This document shows, in pieces, positions 36,106 through 48,393 of a DNA stretch of 64,000 nt. The DNA is taken from assembly GCF_018977255.1 (NCBI RefSeq), contig NW_024704742.1, positions 42,036,001 through 42,100,000 of the forward strand, given 5' to 3'. Position 1 is the stretch's first letter; the number at the start of each line of letters is the position of its first letter. A model generated the notes under the pieces. It had not been told where the DNA came from. It saw only the letters and a list, made by a program, of their open reading frames with translations, and did not search any database. The DNA is from Callorhinchus milii (Eukaryota). A program made the translations under genes and the position numbers.

Positions 36106-38164
36106 TTTACATATTCAGGCGACGGTTTACAGACTAAAAGCATGGGAATGTTGTGCCTCATTCCAGCTCTTACAGAATAACGATTTTCTTTAAAAATGTC
36201 TCAGTAACCATACAATGAAAGAATTCATTGAAGTGTATCATTGTGAATTGAATGTTTCGAGGTGTTTCAGCATCCTGTCATGAATCTCATGCAGATGATG
36301 AATTCTCCAAGACTAAGTGGTGACATTCACAATGTGTACCAAAATCAGAACGTTCAATATCAGAATATTGTGGTGTACCATGCATTCTGAAGTCTAACTA
36401 GATTGGAAAGGGATTATGAAAATAGCTCATCCTGTACGTAGCTGGATGGGCCTCGTTGTGTTTGCCTGGAACTCCGCTTAGTGTTCCACTCAGCCTTGAC
36501 TTCCACATTACTTCAAAGCCAGGCAGGACATCAGCGTCTGATCAGTGCTCCGATTCATCGTTCACTAATCCTTTTGCAAATCCTGCAACTTAGACCTCAT
36601 GCTTTTCTCATTTGTCCCAAAAACCAGCTTTGCCCCAGTGTCTTGCTGAAAGCTTTGCACCTGATGTGGCATAGTCAAGGTGCTCTTACTTCTGATTCTC
36701 ATAATAGGGAAGAATACACAGCATTATTGCTGTGTTCCTTCTTATGTGCCATTCCAACAACAACCTCCATAACCTGATCACAAAATGGATGGGTTTCAGC
36801 ATATGCTTCAAGACAATGGAGGTACTCTTTAATCAGCTGAACACAGGGCTGTCGCTAAGATGCTAAGAGGTAGCATGTCTGGACGAACTGGAATGAACTG
36901 CAGCTATTGACTTGTAGCGCCTTGTTGTTTATTCGCGAAAGCTAAAAAACATTCCGTGATGAGGGCTTTGACTGGGAAGAATCTCAGACCGATTTTCCTG
37001 GATGCCATCTGGCCCACTGGGTCAATTGCACCCTTTAAATCCAAGTTTGTATGAAAAGCATTTAGTGTTTGCCTTGTTCTCACATCAGAAGAATTTTTTC
37101 TTTTGTGCAATTTATTCTTGTTTCCAAAGGCTTAAAAATGAAAGCTTTGTTTCTGAAATAATGGCTTAGTGTAGGCTTACATTGTTGATCCTCTCAGTAG
37201 ATGCAATGTAATCCGCTTTGGTAATGTGAATTTTTAAACAATCATCTCCCTTGGCATTAACTCTTGGATACTAATACAGTGCGCTCTACCAGCCAAATCA
37301 CAATAACAGTAAGCGAGAGTGGGTTGCTTCTGTGTGCCACATAGACCTGCGTGTGAGTGAGCTGCCTTTGGTCTTCATGGACCTAACGCATCTGTATTCA
37401 CTGAGCATACTTTCTTGGCCACTCTTTGTAGCAGGAGGCACTAGTGCTTTGACAAGGACAAGTAAGATGTGTGTTGTGGCCAGTTGGTGCATTGCGCACT
37501 ATCACAGGGGATCTCACAGAAAGTAGTGACTGAGATGGTGCAGTGTTCAATGTCCTAATTACATTGCCTGTCTTTTTATTCACAGACTAGAGTTAAACTT
37601 GGCTGTGGTGGGACCTGTTTCCTATTATTTGCTTTCATGATCATTGGGTGTTTTATCATCTTTATTGCAGGATTTTAATTGTGTCCCTAATTTTTTTTTA
37701 CCCGAAGATCAGAAATAAAACTAATACCTGCTTTGAAGGTGGAACAAACCAGCAATACTCCTCCTGATGTGAAATTTGTTGTTATCACATTTTCTTTTCT
37801 GATGTATTGGTAAGCAGTGTTTCAATGCTGAATAAAAGCACCTTACAACATAAAGTGTGGTTTCTGCAGGGAATCTGGCATGTTACTGCCTTTTTTTGGT
37901 TAGGTAGGTGTTTGATACATCTAGAACCCCATCAACATGCTTATGAGTATTTGAAGCAGACCTGTGAGTTCCACATAATTATACTGCCTACACATGGACA
38001 TCTTTCTGTGTTTGGACCTTGTTTTGATCTTATATTACCTGGGAGCTGATGTCTTGTGAGTTGGTGTGAGCTACATAGAGTCCCTGTAGAAGCAAAGTCT
38101 ATAACATGGAATGCTTTTGCCTGCAACACTGGCCCAGCAATGCTAATAGTGAATAACAGAATTG

Positions 38165-38322
38165 CACAGCACAGAAGGAGGCCATTTGGTCAATCATGCG
38201 TAGGCCAGCACTTTAAAAGAGCTGTCCAACTAGTTCCACTTCCCCGCTCTTTCCCCATAGCCTTGCATTTTTTTCTTTTGACGTAAATATTCAATTCCCT
38301 TTAGTGATTCCAATTTTCTAAG
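38165..38322 (-). mobile_element. CR1 3'UTR fragment
   Basis: acagcacagaaggaggccatttgg...ccccatagccttgca. Confidence 0.7.
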
Positions 38323-38399
38323 GGGTGCTCTGTAAAACCCAGTATAACGGTCATTGATTGCTTTCTCCTTCCCCCCAGTAAATGCTCTGTATGGAGTGA

Positions 38400-39077
38400 T
38401 TCTAAGCAATACAGACTGGAAATCGCAGGTTCGGTCCCTGGTAGGTGCTGAGTTAGCTGATAACTATGAGAGATGTAGTTTAGTATGTGGGTGTATGGTG
38501 TGTCTATGTGAAATACAACCAACTTCAGTGTTGTGGGATCCAGAGGGAAGGGGTCTGTTAGAGATCCTCATCTTTATTACTTAGCTGCTGCTGGAAAGTT
38601 TCCATCTGTGAATCTTAATAATAATAATCTTTGCACTTGATATAGTGCTTTTCATGTCTTCTAGATGTCCCAAAGCGCTTCACAGAATACACTGTAAAGT
38701 GAATTGACTGTATGTTTGTGGGCGAACCCGGCAGCCAATTGCGCACAGCAGTGTCCCACAAACAGTCATGGATTGAAAATTTATTATTGTTTTGTTTTTT
38801 TGGAGAGATTATTATTAGGCATGTGGAGTAAGGAAACTTGCCCAAGGTTTCGCCCTGCCTGGAATTGAACTCAGGTCTCTCGCTTGCAAAGCGAGTGCTC
38901 TAACCACTGAGCTTGTGGAAATGACGAGGATAAGATCCCCCATCGGGCCCAGCAACACTAGTAACTCAGCTAATACATGAAGAATGGCCACTTCAACAAG
39001 GTGCTAAGTGCTGGCAGCCGCCATGAAACCACAACCCAACATGATTAACCGTCTTCAGAACGAAGGGGAGAAAATTA
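38400..39077 (+). mobile_element. Old SINE family B copy, split by a younger SINE
   Basis: Head 38400-38615 (caggttcggtccctgg...gagttagctgat), remainder 38914-39077 (catgaagaatggccactt...ggggagaaaatt). Confidence 0.7.
38616..38913 (-). mobile_element. Young tRNA-Ala Deu-core SINE
   Basis: Near-identical to 20915-21224, lacking about 10 bp of the 5' end. Confidence 0.95.
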
Positions 39078-40379
39078 AATATATGTGTGAATTAGGCCAA
39101 GTCACCCATGGCAATCTCGACTTCTATGTATAACAGTTACCTGAGCACATCTAAATCCCACAAATTGAGGATTTGTCACTTGAGGAGAATTGACAGTGTG
39201 ATGTGGAAGGAAGGTGAAATAAATGGGAGCCAGACAGGGTGGAGATTGATTAAAAGTGCTCGGCTAGTAGAATGCAATGGCTTTGGGGACTGTGATGTGT
39301 CATGGAAGGGAGGGGAGTGTGAAGGGTGGGAGGTGGGGGAAGAGTTGTGGTAGCAAGGTATGTGTTCAGAAAATGAGGGATGAGCAACTGCTGTCACCCA
39401 ATTGGAAGTGAAAAACCAGTGCATTTCTGTGAAGAAAAGGAAGGCAGGCACACGGTCAAGGAGGATGTTTGAAGAGGAGGAAGAAATAACTTACGATGCA
39501 CAGACATTAACATTTATGAACAATGGATGTAATTGGGAACGACTGGAAATGTGGACTGTTTGACAGTAGGCAGGAGCAGAGAATACACTAAGCTCTTTGA
39601 AGAATGTGGGGAAGTTGTTCGACTGGTTAGTGTCTGTCCAATTCCGCAGTGTCAGAGTTGAGTGAGCGAACAGCAGGAGTCCCTGTTGATTGTTTAGGAA
39701 ATAGCTGGAAGCCCTTTTAAAGTTATGTTAATAACACGTTCCACTATTAGAAAGGGAGAACAGAGAGGTGATAATAACATGGTTAATCCAGCACAGCAGA
39801 CTTTCTCAATTTGACTTATTTTCCCTTCCCCCCCAGGTCATAAGGGTGGGGGGGAGGAAACTTTAATTGTTTAATTGAGGGAAATTGACGAGGCGAAAAA
39901 TGCAGCTGTTCTTTCGCTCGCGGTAAGTGGTTTAAAATCAAAGTCATCAGCTGAATACAACTCAGCGTCCATTAGAAAGAATACCCACTTGAATACTTAA
40001 ATAAAGAAGAGGTTCTTTGCCATTTGTTGGTGTGCACCTATTTGAGGAAGACCTGTCTTTAACCTAGTAAGCTCAGTATTGGCAGCTTCCATTCATATGA
40101 AATCCTTTCCTCTGTCAGAGTTTAAATGGCAAATTGGCTGCTGTGCTTCTTCTGTACATCTTAACATCCATCTACTCTAAGCAGCATTCATTGCAGCACT
40201 CAGTGTTATTACCGGCAAGGGTGCACAGCTATACCATGCTTCAAAGGTTTGCAGCTCCAGAAGTCTGGTTTCCGCAGTGCAGAGAGGGGAATCGCCCTAA
40301 GGCAGCCGTGCCCTTCTGCTGAGGTGCCACTGACTGAGGGAAACTAAATGTTGCATCATATTTATCCACTGAAACTCTG

Positions 40380-40622
40380 CAACCCTCTCACCCAAGACCT
40401 TGCCACTCCACTGGCTCCCTATTGCAAAAAGGATTGATTTCAGAATCCTCATGCTCGCGTACAAATTACTTCATACCCTGGCACCTCACTACCTCGCCAA
40501 TCTGCGCATTCCCATGTGCTTAGCTGACTCCAGCCTTCTAACACATCCCTCCTCCCCTCTGCTGCACCATTGGTTGCTGTGCTTCCAACTACTACACCCT
40601 GAGACTCTGGAACTCTCTGCCT
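40380..40622 (+). mobile_element. L2 ORF2 C-terminal fragment
   Basis: LHWLPIAKRIDFRILMLAYKLLHTLAPHYL. Confidence 0.8.
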
Positions 40623-40689
40623 CAATGATGGGTGACAGAGAAAGCTGAAGCAAAGCTGGGGGTGGAATTCTGCCCTATTCTAAGTCAAT

Positions 40690-41006
40690 GCAACAACAAG
40701 CAACAAATTACATTTGTACAGAGCCTTTCATGTCGGGTGGGCATTCCAAGGCGCTGGACAGTCAGGGCCTTGGACGCAAGCAGGAGGTTGGGATCAGGAG
40801 GGGTGGAAGGCAGGGAGGGCAGGGGTAGGAGGGTGGCTGAAGGCCTGGATGAAGAAGAGAGTCTTGAGATGTGCCTTGAAGGGGGCAAGGGAGGGAGCGA
40901 GGCAAAGGGACTGGGGGATGGAATTCCAAAGGGTAGGGGCAGGGAGGCTGAAGGCCTGATCACCGATGCTGGGGCGAGCCAGGCAGGGGATGTGGAACAG
41001 GCTGTA
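40690..41006 (-). mobile_element. L2 3' end
   Basis: Minus strand: IGDQAFSLPAPTLWNSIPQSLCLAPSLAPFKAHLKTLFF, plus (TTG)-type tail. Confidence 0.85.
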
Positions 41007-42255
41007 GCTGGTAAAGTTCAATCAGCTTTGCTGGGTGATCCAGGCAATCCGAACTTAATTCAGCTTAATAGTTAAATAGTGCATTTATAAGCATGTAGCC
41101 AGAAATGACAGTAGCTACTAACAGGTTTGCTGTGTGACATGCTAATAGATCAAGTTGAAATCAACACAAGTCTGTTGTGATAGAAGTGTTAGTGAAGCCC
41201 TGTGACTAGAAGCTATTATTTCGGATATATTTTCTGTACATAATTTAAAGAACAGGACAATGATAAGTCCAGGAACCAAAAGGGACTGAGCGAAGGGCAG
41301 ATAGCTTTGCAGGCTGTAATGGGCATGAATCACCATCTTTTGGAGATTAAAAAACTGAAATCTAGACAAGACACACATCGAATCAATATCCCTGCTATGA
41401 AAAGGAGACAGAAATCACCCTCAGGTTTGTTCTTTTACTTGGCTGAGCGAGATGCATTACACTTTTAATGCTCTCCTTCATTAAATGTAAGCACATTGGG
41501 GAGAGGGTGGTGGTGGGGAGGGGCGCGGTAAGGTTGAAAAGCTGCATTGCACTGATTCTCTTTATTCCGATGCCTCCCAGTGCAAAGCACCACTGGAGGA
41601 GCAGGATGCAGCTAATGATTATTTCTCAGTTAATGTCTGTTCAGTAATGCTGAGAGCCTGAAAGGTTTCAAATGCAAGCGGCCACTCTGCCAACATGCCT
41701 CCTCCTCCAAGCCTTTTCCTTATTGTTTAGAGAGGCCGGGCACTTCATCACTTACATAAGAATAAAGACTTCATTGCCCATTGCAGCTCAGAGACATAAT
41801 AGCTGTTTTCAGAAAGTAGCACAGGTGCGCACTTGGAGCACAATAGCTGCTGTGTCGGGTTATAGAAAGGAGTTAAGTGCTGAGGGTATGGGGATCTTCA
41901 GGATGTGAGACACTTAGACCCTAACAAAACTAAGTTGGTAAGTGGGGAGCTGCAAGTGCAGGGTTCAACATGTTACTCCTTTCAGTAATGTGCTGCGTAT
42001 TATTTCACATTATTGAACATTCAGCAGTTTCCTAATTTGTTTTTAAAAGTGAATTGCCTAAATTGCGCGAGGAAATAGAAAAGGCATTTCAACTGTCTCC
42101 AACGAAGCCTTGACATCAGAAAATAATATTGGGGGTAATAACAATTCTGATTTCCGGTTTAAAAGTTTAATTTATGGGATTTGGTGGTTCTTTATGACCA
42201 TTTCTGGTTTTCGATTAATCCGGAGCTTTATTATTCTGGTGCTTTCATTAAAACA

Positions 42256-42390
42256 ACAATGGTAAGAGTAACGATGGCAAGAGCAACAATGGCAAGAGCA
42301 ACAATGGCAAGAGCAACAATGGCAAGAGCAACAATGGCAAGAGCAACAATGGCAAGAGCAACAATGGCAAGAGCAACAATGGCAAGAGCA
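42256..42390. repeat. 15 bp minisatellite (ACAATGGCAAGAGCA) x9
   Basis: Seven perfect units preceded by two variant units. Confidence 0.97.
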
Positions 42391-42669
42391 ACAACAATTT
42401 GCATTTGAATAGTTCCCCTCATGAAGGGTGAATAACTCAGAGCTCTTTACAACACAGGTTAACGAAACCAGCTAAAATTGGTGTAAAATCAGTTGAAGCA
42501 ACCTGTGATCAACCAAAGTCCATCCTAGTACTGAATTTCAAAGGAAAAGGTAAACATTGTAAAAACGTAGATACCCAGTTTAAATAAATGTCCAGCATTT
42601 ATCCTGATCAATATGAATGAAGGGCAAAGCTGTGTTGCAGAGCACACGCGCCCTTTTGTTTTTCATAAA

Positions 42670-43100
42670 TTGAATTTGTTGTAGGTTCTCAGGCTATTCT
42701 CGGACATTCTTGCTCTCGCTGACAAGTAAAGATTTTCATCTTGGAGAATGACAGTTCAGCATTGGCACTTGACACCGTCAAGGCCAGAGAAGCACAAAAT
42801 ACATTGACAAGTCTGGTCAGATAAGGCAGGTGGGCTTTAAAGCACAGGATGAATTCAATCTTAAATTTCAGATTCTCAATGTCATTTTTCGGATTTCCAA
42901 ACCCAAAGGTCAGGTCAGATTTCCTAATGGTGAGGTCAGTTTCTACCACAGCTTAAGCTCTTGTCTATCATAATGCTCATTTAACAGCAGGTTCTCAGCA
43001 TGTGCTGGGGAAATCGCAGTAGGCAAGCGGTAATGGCGTCAAAGACTGGAAGAGCAGGATTGAATGGAATTTGCTACATCACATAACATTGATAAGGTTC
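42670..43100 (-). pseudogene. hAT transposase fossil (C-terminal dimerisation region, Tip100/ZMYM1-like)
   Basis: Minus strand: LPVFDAITACLLRF ... PYLTRLVNVFCASLALTVSSANAELSFSKMKI, then frameshifted RMSENSL; matches the hATC pattern L.IPVSSA.AERSFS.LK...R..M. Confidence 0.6.
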
Positions 43101-45208
43101 AGCTATTTATCAACTTTATACATTAATCTTTCCTGCCCCCAAGAATAGGCTTGCTGTTATTCTAGCCAGTTTAAAGTAAGTAGCTGGCTTGAATCTTCAA
43201 TACATATAAACAAGCCTGGGCGGTATGTCTCCAATCCTAGCCTCCAGCAGTTGACTCGCTGGCCTCTTGTGTAACAAGAACAGAGAAAAAAACAGGAGGA
43301 CCATCAAGTACAACATTGAGGAAAAGGCTACTTGGGGCTTCTTATGACTGGCATGTGTTTGCATGTTGTCAGACTTATAGTTTGCAATCATATCACTATC
43401 GGGTATTGGTACATGATAATGCTTGTAAATTAGGTTTCTTGTGACAGAACCTGGATGATAATTTTCTGGAATTTCCATCTCCAGCATCTTTACTGGACAG
43501 ACTGGGAACTTCACAGGTCTGTCGTTGGAGGGCCTGGGAGTGGGAACAGTGAGCACATAATTTACCTGGGAAAGGAATTGGACATTGACATCTGCGTCAT
43601 CAGTTTACTCGTGGAGTTATCCACATCCTAGAAGTGTATTGACATCAAGACTATGTTAGAATGTCTTATATTATAGGAGCATCTCCGCTATGCTAAAGTA
43701 TATCATCCACGTCCCAGTATGATACATGTTAGCAGGTCACAGGTAGGAAGGAGCAACGCACAAGAACACACTCTACATAAAGAACAGCAGGGAAAAGTAG
43801 AAGAGTAACAGAAAGGTTTACTTATGTGACAAGGCTACTGGGAAATGGAATGGTAAACTAGTGCTGAGCCAGGCACGTCTGCACTCATTGTTAAGAGAGA
43901 AGCCAGCCTGCCTCATTTGCAGAGCTTCGGGGTGCAGATCAGTCAATGGAGGCAGGGATTCTTCACACCCGGCTCTTGTTGAGCCACAGGAAGCTTGTGC
44001 AACATCGAAAAAGTCTCAAAGCGTTTTACAAGTAATTGCCCTCAAGTGTAGTGATACTCCTGCAAATAGATTATTTTGGGGTGTAACGCATCCCTGTGTT
44101 TTTTTCACACTGTCTTCTGTTTGAAACATTCACAGACGTTTTTTGACTGATGCAGAACCATTCTTGTACTGCAGAGACACAAGGCGCTCAGATCACAATT
44201 GCATCTCTTCTGTGCCCATCTGCCTTGAGCCCAGAAGTGCTCACGCATCCTTAAACACAGGACGCCTCGCATGGTAGTTTGCTTTCATGGCTGCACGTTC
44301 CAGACCAGCAGCCCAGTGCATTGAACAGATAGAAATCACAAGTGTTTAGCAGGTCAAACAAAAGCCCCGTCTGTTAACATCTCTTTAAACCAAACAGTCA
44401 TTCCTTTCTTTCAAGGGTTTTCACGCACAAGAGTCATGAGGCAGACAGACACAAGCAGGAAAAGGAGAGTGAGTTGTTGAAATTCATGATTGCAAGTCCT
44501 CCGCCCCCTTTTTTCTCTCTCTCTCTCTCTTCTCCCCCCCCCCCATAATGACACGTCTGGACTGTGCAATAAAGCCTTTTGTAATAGTATTGGTAAAACA
44601 TGCTGGTTGCTGGACCATGATGGTGGCAGGGGGCTTTTTAAAGAATTACGCTTTTATAGCTGGTTTGAAGAACTTAGCCAAGGGAAAATTAAGATAGTTC
44701 AGCTGCAGAGCCACAGAATCTGTTTTGCACCCAACTCAGCCTCCCAGGACAATTGCCTATATGGGCTAGCACTAATTCACCCTCCTCTTAACTATCCAAG
44801 GGTCATTATTGCATGCATTGTGCCCGTTATTGACATGTCTGAACAGATGTCAATATGATCTTTGCCTGCTTTGATGTGTTCTTTGCTCAGTCTCTCGAGT
44901 GTGTAGTGCTACACCATCTGGACCCCAGTTTCTGTGGCCGGCAGTAATGGGCTTTCTGCTCTCTGAGTGCCGCCGAGTTCTCTGATGATTCTTCAGCATC
45001 AATGCTTACATTGTGCATGGCGCTGACTTCTCCGCCTCTGTCTCTTATATAATGAGTGAGGAGCCCACTTAACGTAATCTCTGATAAGATTAAATTGTCC
45101 TGATAGTCCTGTTTCCAGGCGACCCAAATCTGCTATTTTTAAAGCACTTAAATTCCCCTTCAGATTACCTCTTTCTTTGATAAGATTTGTTTTTCTCCTC
45201 CCTCAAAA

Positions 45209-45534
45209 GTATCCTGTGGCATATTGGTTAGAGCACCCGCCTTGCAAGCAAGAGGATCTGGGTTCGATTCCCGCATAGGGCAAAACCTTAGGCAAGTTTC
45301 CTTGCAGTAAGTAGGAGCCCGATTGTCAGTCGATTGGTGGATCACTCTTCGGGAGTAATAATCCCTTCAAAACTTTGTTTTTAAAAACAACTGTTTGTAG
45401 AATACTGCTTGGTGCCATTGGCTTCCATGTTTCACCCACAAAATACACAGTCAATTCACTTTACAATATATTCTCTGAAGTGCTTTGAAACTATCGTGAT
45501 AAGGTACTATATCAAATGCAAAGATTATTATTAT
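45209..45534 (+). mobile_element. tRNA-Ala Deu-core SINE, intermediate subfamily
   Basis: Head with ggttcgattccc B box, cttgcaag anticodon arm, extra segment shared with the 8.2 and 57.0 kb copies, tail. Confidence 0.9.
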
Positions 45535-45679
45535 GAGAGTTTGACTCTTCTCTTCCTTTCACTTGCATAGGGTTCCACTCGTGCCAAGCTTCATCTCAGT
45601 AGCTATTGTAGCCAAGTCCAGTAACAGAACTTAAAAGTGAATCAGATAAATCCATAAAGGGAAATAGATTCTTCAAATG

Positions 45680-45877
45680 TAATGGCACAGAAACAGGCCA
45701 TTTAGCCCATCAGCTCTGTGCTGGTAGTATCTTCACATAAGGCATCCTTTCTAATCCCATTCTCCTGTTCGTTCTCCATAGCCTTTAATAGTTTTCTTTT
45801 CAAGGAGCCACATAATTCCTTTTTAAAAGAACTTATTGAATCTGCTTCAACAATGGTTTGTGGCAGAGAATTCTACA
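45680..45877 (-). mobile_element. CR1 3' fragment
   Basis: ggcacagaaacaggccatttagcccatc...attgaatctgcttcaaca...ggcagagaattcta. Confidence 0.7.
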
Positions 45878-46861
45878 GACAGCATATTGCTGCACCCAAA
45901 TCCATGGACCAGGATTTGACTTTTAGTTTGCATGGCTCAGAGCTCTACCTTTTATCCATTCAGCCATCATGACAAGTACAAATAGAATCTTATCAAGATT
46001 AATTTGCGTTGTGATTTTCTGTCATGTCCTAGTATCCTTAACAAAAGTAATTTACAATGAATGTTTCTTGGTATTTTATGGCTCCTAATCTCCTCAACAG
46101 CACAATTATTGGAAACCATTTTTCAGTGAACACTTGCGTCATGTTCCTGCCCAATCTGCCCCACCATCGGTGGATGAGCTTTCAGCCAATCTGCCCTGGA
46201 ACCCCATCCTGGAGTCCCTCTGATTCTCCATAATAATAGTTTAACACATTACGAGACATCTTCTGGACGTGAAAGATGTCATCTATATAAACATGAATTG
46301 TATTATATTTTCAGCACTGTCGTGACACCAGTCCCTCAATCAGTCTCTAGAGGTCAGAAGCAGTAGACTGAATCTATATTGGAAGAGCAGCATTGCTTTC
46401 AATAAAAAAAACTGTATGTGCAACAATTATCTCTTAAACCCACAATATATATTTAGCAAAATACTGTAGAACCATAATTACAATGCCTCCACACTGCTAT
46501 AGGCTGTGTTTGGGTTTTGACAGTACCACAGGATGTGTACAGTGGAAAAAATTTGAAACCACATAGGAAGATTTTGTTAAATGATCGATCAGGAGCCAAC
46601 CTTTGATGCCACATCTCGTGCATTCTGGTTTTGTGCTTCTCAAACTAAGACCTTTCTAGGAGACTGGAGCAGTCAAACAACATCCTACGCAGCTGCGGTT
46701 TTAATTGTTGTGGTGAATTCATATTTTTGCTTATTTACTCACCCCAAACATTTTTAGAATTAAACACGTGATTTTTCAATAAACAGAGCGACCTCAAGCA
46801 AGCAATGCCTTGTTTTTGCCGCTGGTTGACGGATGTATTAATAATAAAATAAAATAATACC

Positions 46862-47243
46862 GTGTCAGCCTGGCTCAGTTGGTAGCGCTCAGACCTCTGA
46901 GTCAGAAGGTTGTGGGTTCTAGCTCCATGCCAGGACTTTGAGCTCATCGTCTAGGCTGATACTGCAGTGCAGCGCTGTGTGTGCTGCATTGTCGGAGATT
47001 CTTGTCTGCATGTTCAAGGTACCATGTGGTACTTTTCAAAAAGAGAAGGGAGTTTCCCCCAGTGTCCTGGCCAAAGATTTTCCCAATTATTTGCTTCATG
47101 GCTGTACATGGGACATTTTTGTGAAAATTGAATGCAGCGTTCGCTCACTAATACACAGTGACTACACTTTACAGAAAACTCTTTGAAGCACTTTAGGACA
47201 TTTCAACAAGATAAGGTACTAAATCAAATGCAAATGTTATTAA
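46862..47243 (+). mobile_element. SacSINE1-like Deu SINE
   Basis: gtcagcctggctcagttggtagcgctc...tctgagtcagaaggttgtgggttc; ccccagtgtcctggcca; tail. Confidence 0.88.
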
Positions 47244-48279
47244 AATTATTGATCACCTGAAAATCATACCCAAAATGTTAAAACAAATTGCCATCCCTGA
47301 CCATTGGCTGAGCCCCTTTGTTAGACAGTCTCTTCTTTCCTTGGAGACTCTATCCAGGATGAAGGGTGCTATATAAATACCAGTTGTTATTGGTGCACGG
47401 TTATAATTTATCTATAAATATAATAGCCCTTTCTCGTATGTAATTGTATATTTTTGAATGATACTCAGTAAGCTTACAGCCAAATACTAACCTGTGCAAC
47501 ATATTAGAATAAACATTTGCAAACAACCTGTCTTATAGCCAGAATTAGCAACATCATTACTTAAATGCTGCAGTTGTAGTTCAACTACTTTAAGCACATT
47601 TTTATAACGAACAGTCTAGTCAGGTACCTTGTCTGGACCTCAAGGTTTTACTGATTTTAGACACTGTATTGTAGCTCCTTCAATATAAAGTCAGAAACAG
47701 ATTGAAATGAGATTTGTTCCTATTAGGAATTAACTGGATGTTGCTTGTATCAGAGCGGCATTAACTGCTAATGACCATGAAGGAGAAAGCAAGTAGGGGA
47801 AATATCTTCTGTCTGAAGTACTCCCTCAGAAATTATGTCCTACCTAGTAGGAGATAGCTTCAGTTTAGTGAGGTAGGATGAGTGTTTCCACTGCCTGTGT
47901 TTATAAATGAATTTCCTCATTCTAAGAGTATGCTATCAAGGCTTCTGGTTTTCCGTTTCACATTACCCCACAGCTGGAAATGATGTTGTATTCCAAATCC
48001 TTAAATCCCAAATCAAGGTTTATTTTATGTGAAAGGAAAACTGGTGGATAATTTTGGTGGGATGAGCACTTTAAGTCATCTTTTGTGTTCTACACCATTA
48101 TAACCCACTGCATCAAATATTATCCTCTTTGTTTTATAGCCTTTTCTCCAGTGGAGTACCTGTATAAAACAGCCCTCACTGTAACACAACGTTTGACTGT
48201 CTGTCCTAACCAAGTACTAATATTACAAATAATTAACATTTTCAGAATAATTATTATTCATTTGATTGTCTCTATCAGA

Positions 48280-48393
48280 TGAATTCACCCACAAAATATA
48301 CAGTCAATTCACTTTATTCTGTGAAATGCTTTGAGATGTGTCGAAGACGTGATAAGGTGCTATATCAACTGAAAGGATTATTATTATTATTAT
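48280..48393 (+). mobile_element. Deu SINE 3' fragment
   Basis: cccacaaaatatacagtcaattcacttta...ggattattattattatt. Confidence 0.85.

Noticed and set aside
36234-36340. Imperfect hairpin (a similarly weak one at 53660-53770)
   Set aside because: Arms are short and gapped; could be chance or heavily decayed repeats
39180-39450. Possible degraded L2 RT fragment on the minus strand
   Set aside because: Composition fits but the catalytic motifs are not recoverable
42181-42422. ORFs with (ATMAR)n or (IVALA)n repeats; CRISPR-like array
   Set aside because: Simple 15 bp tandem repeat with no spacers; the ORFs are by-products
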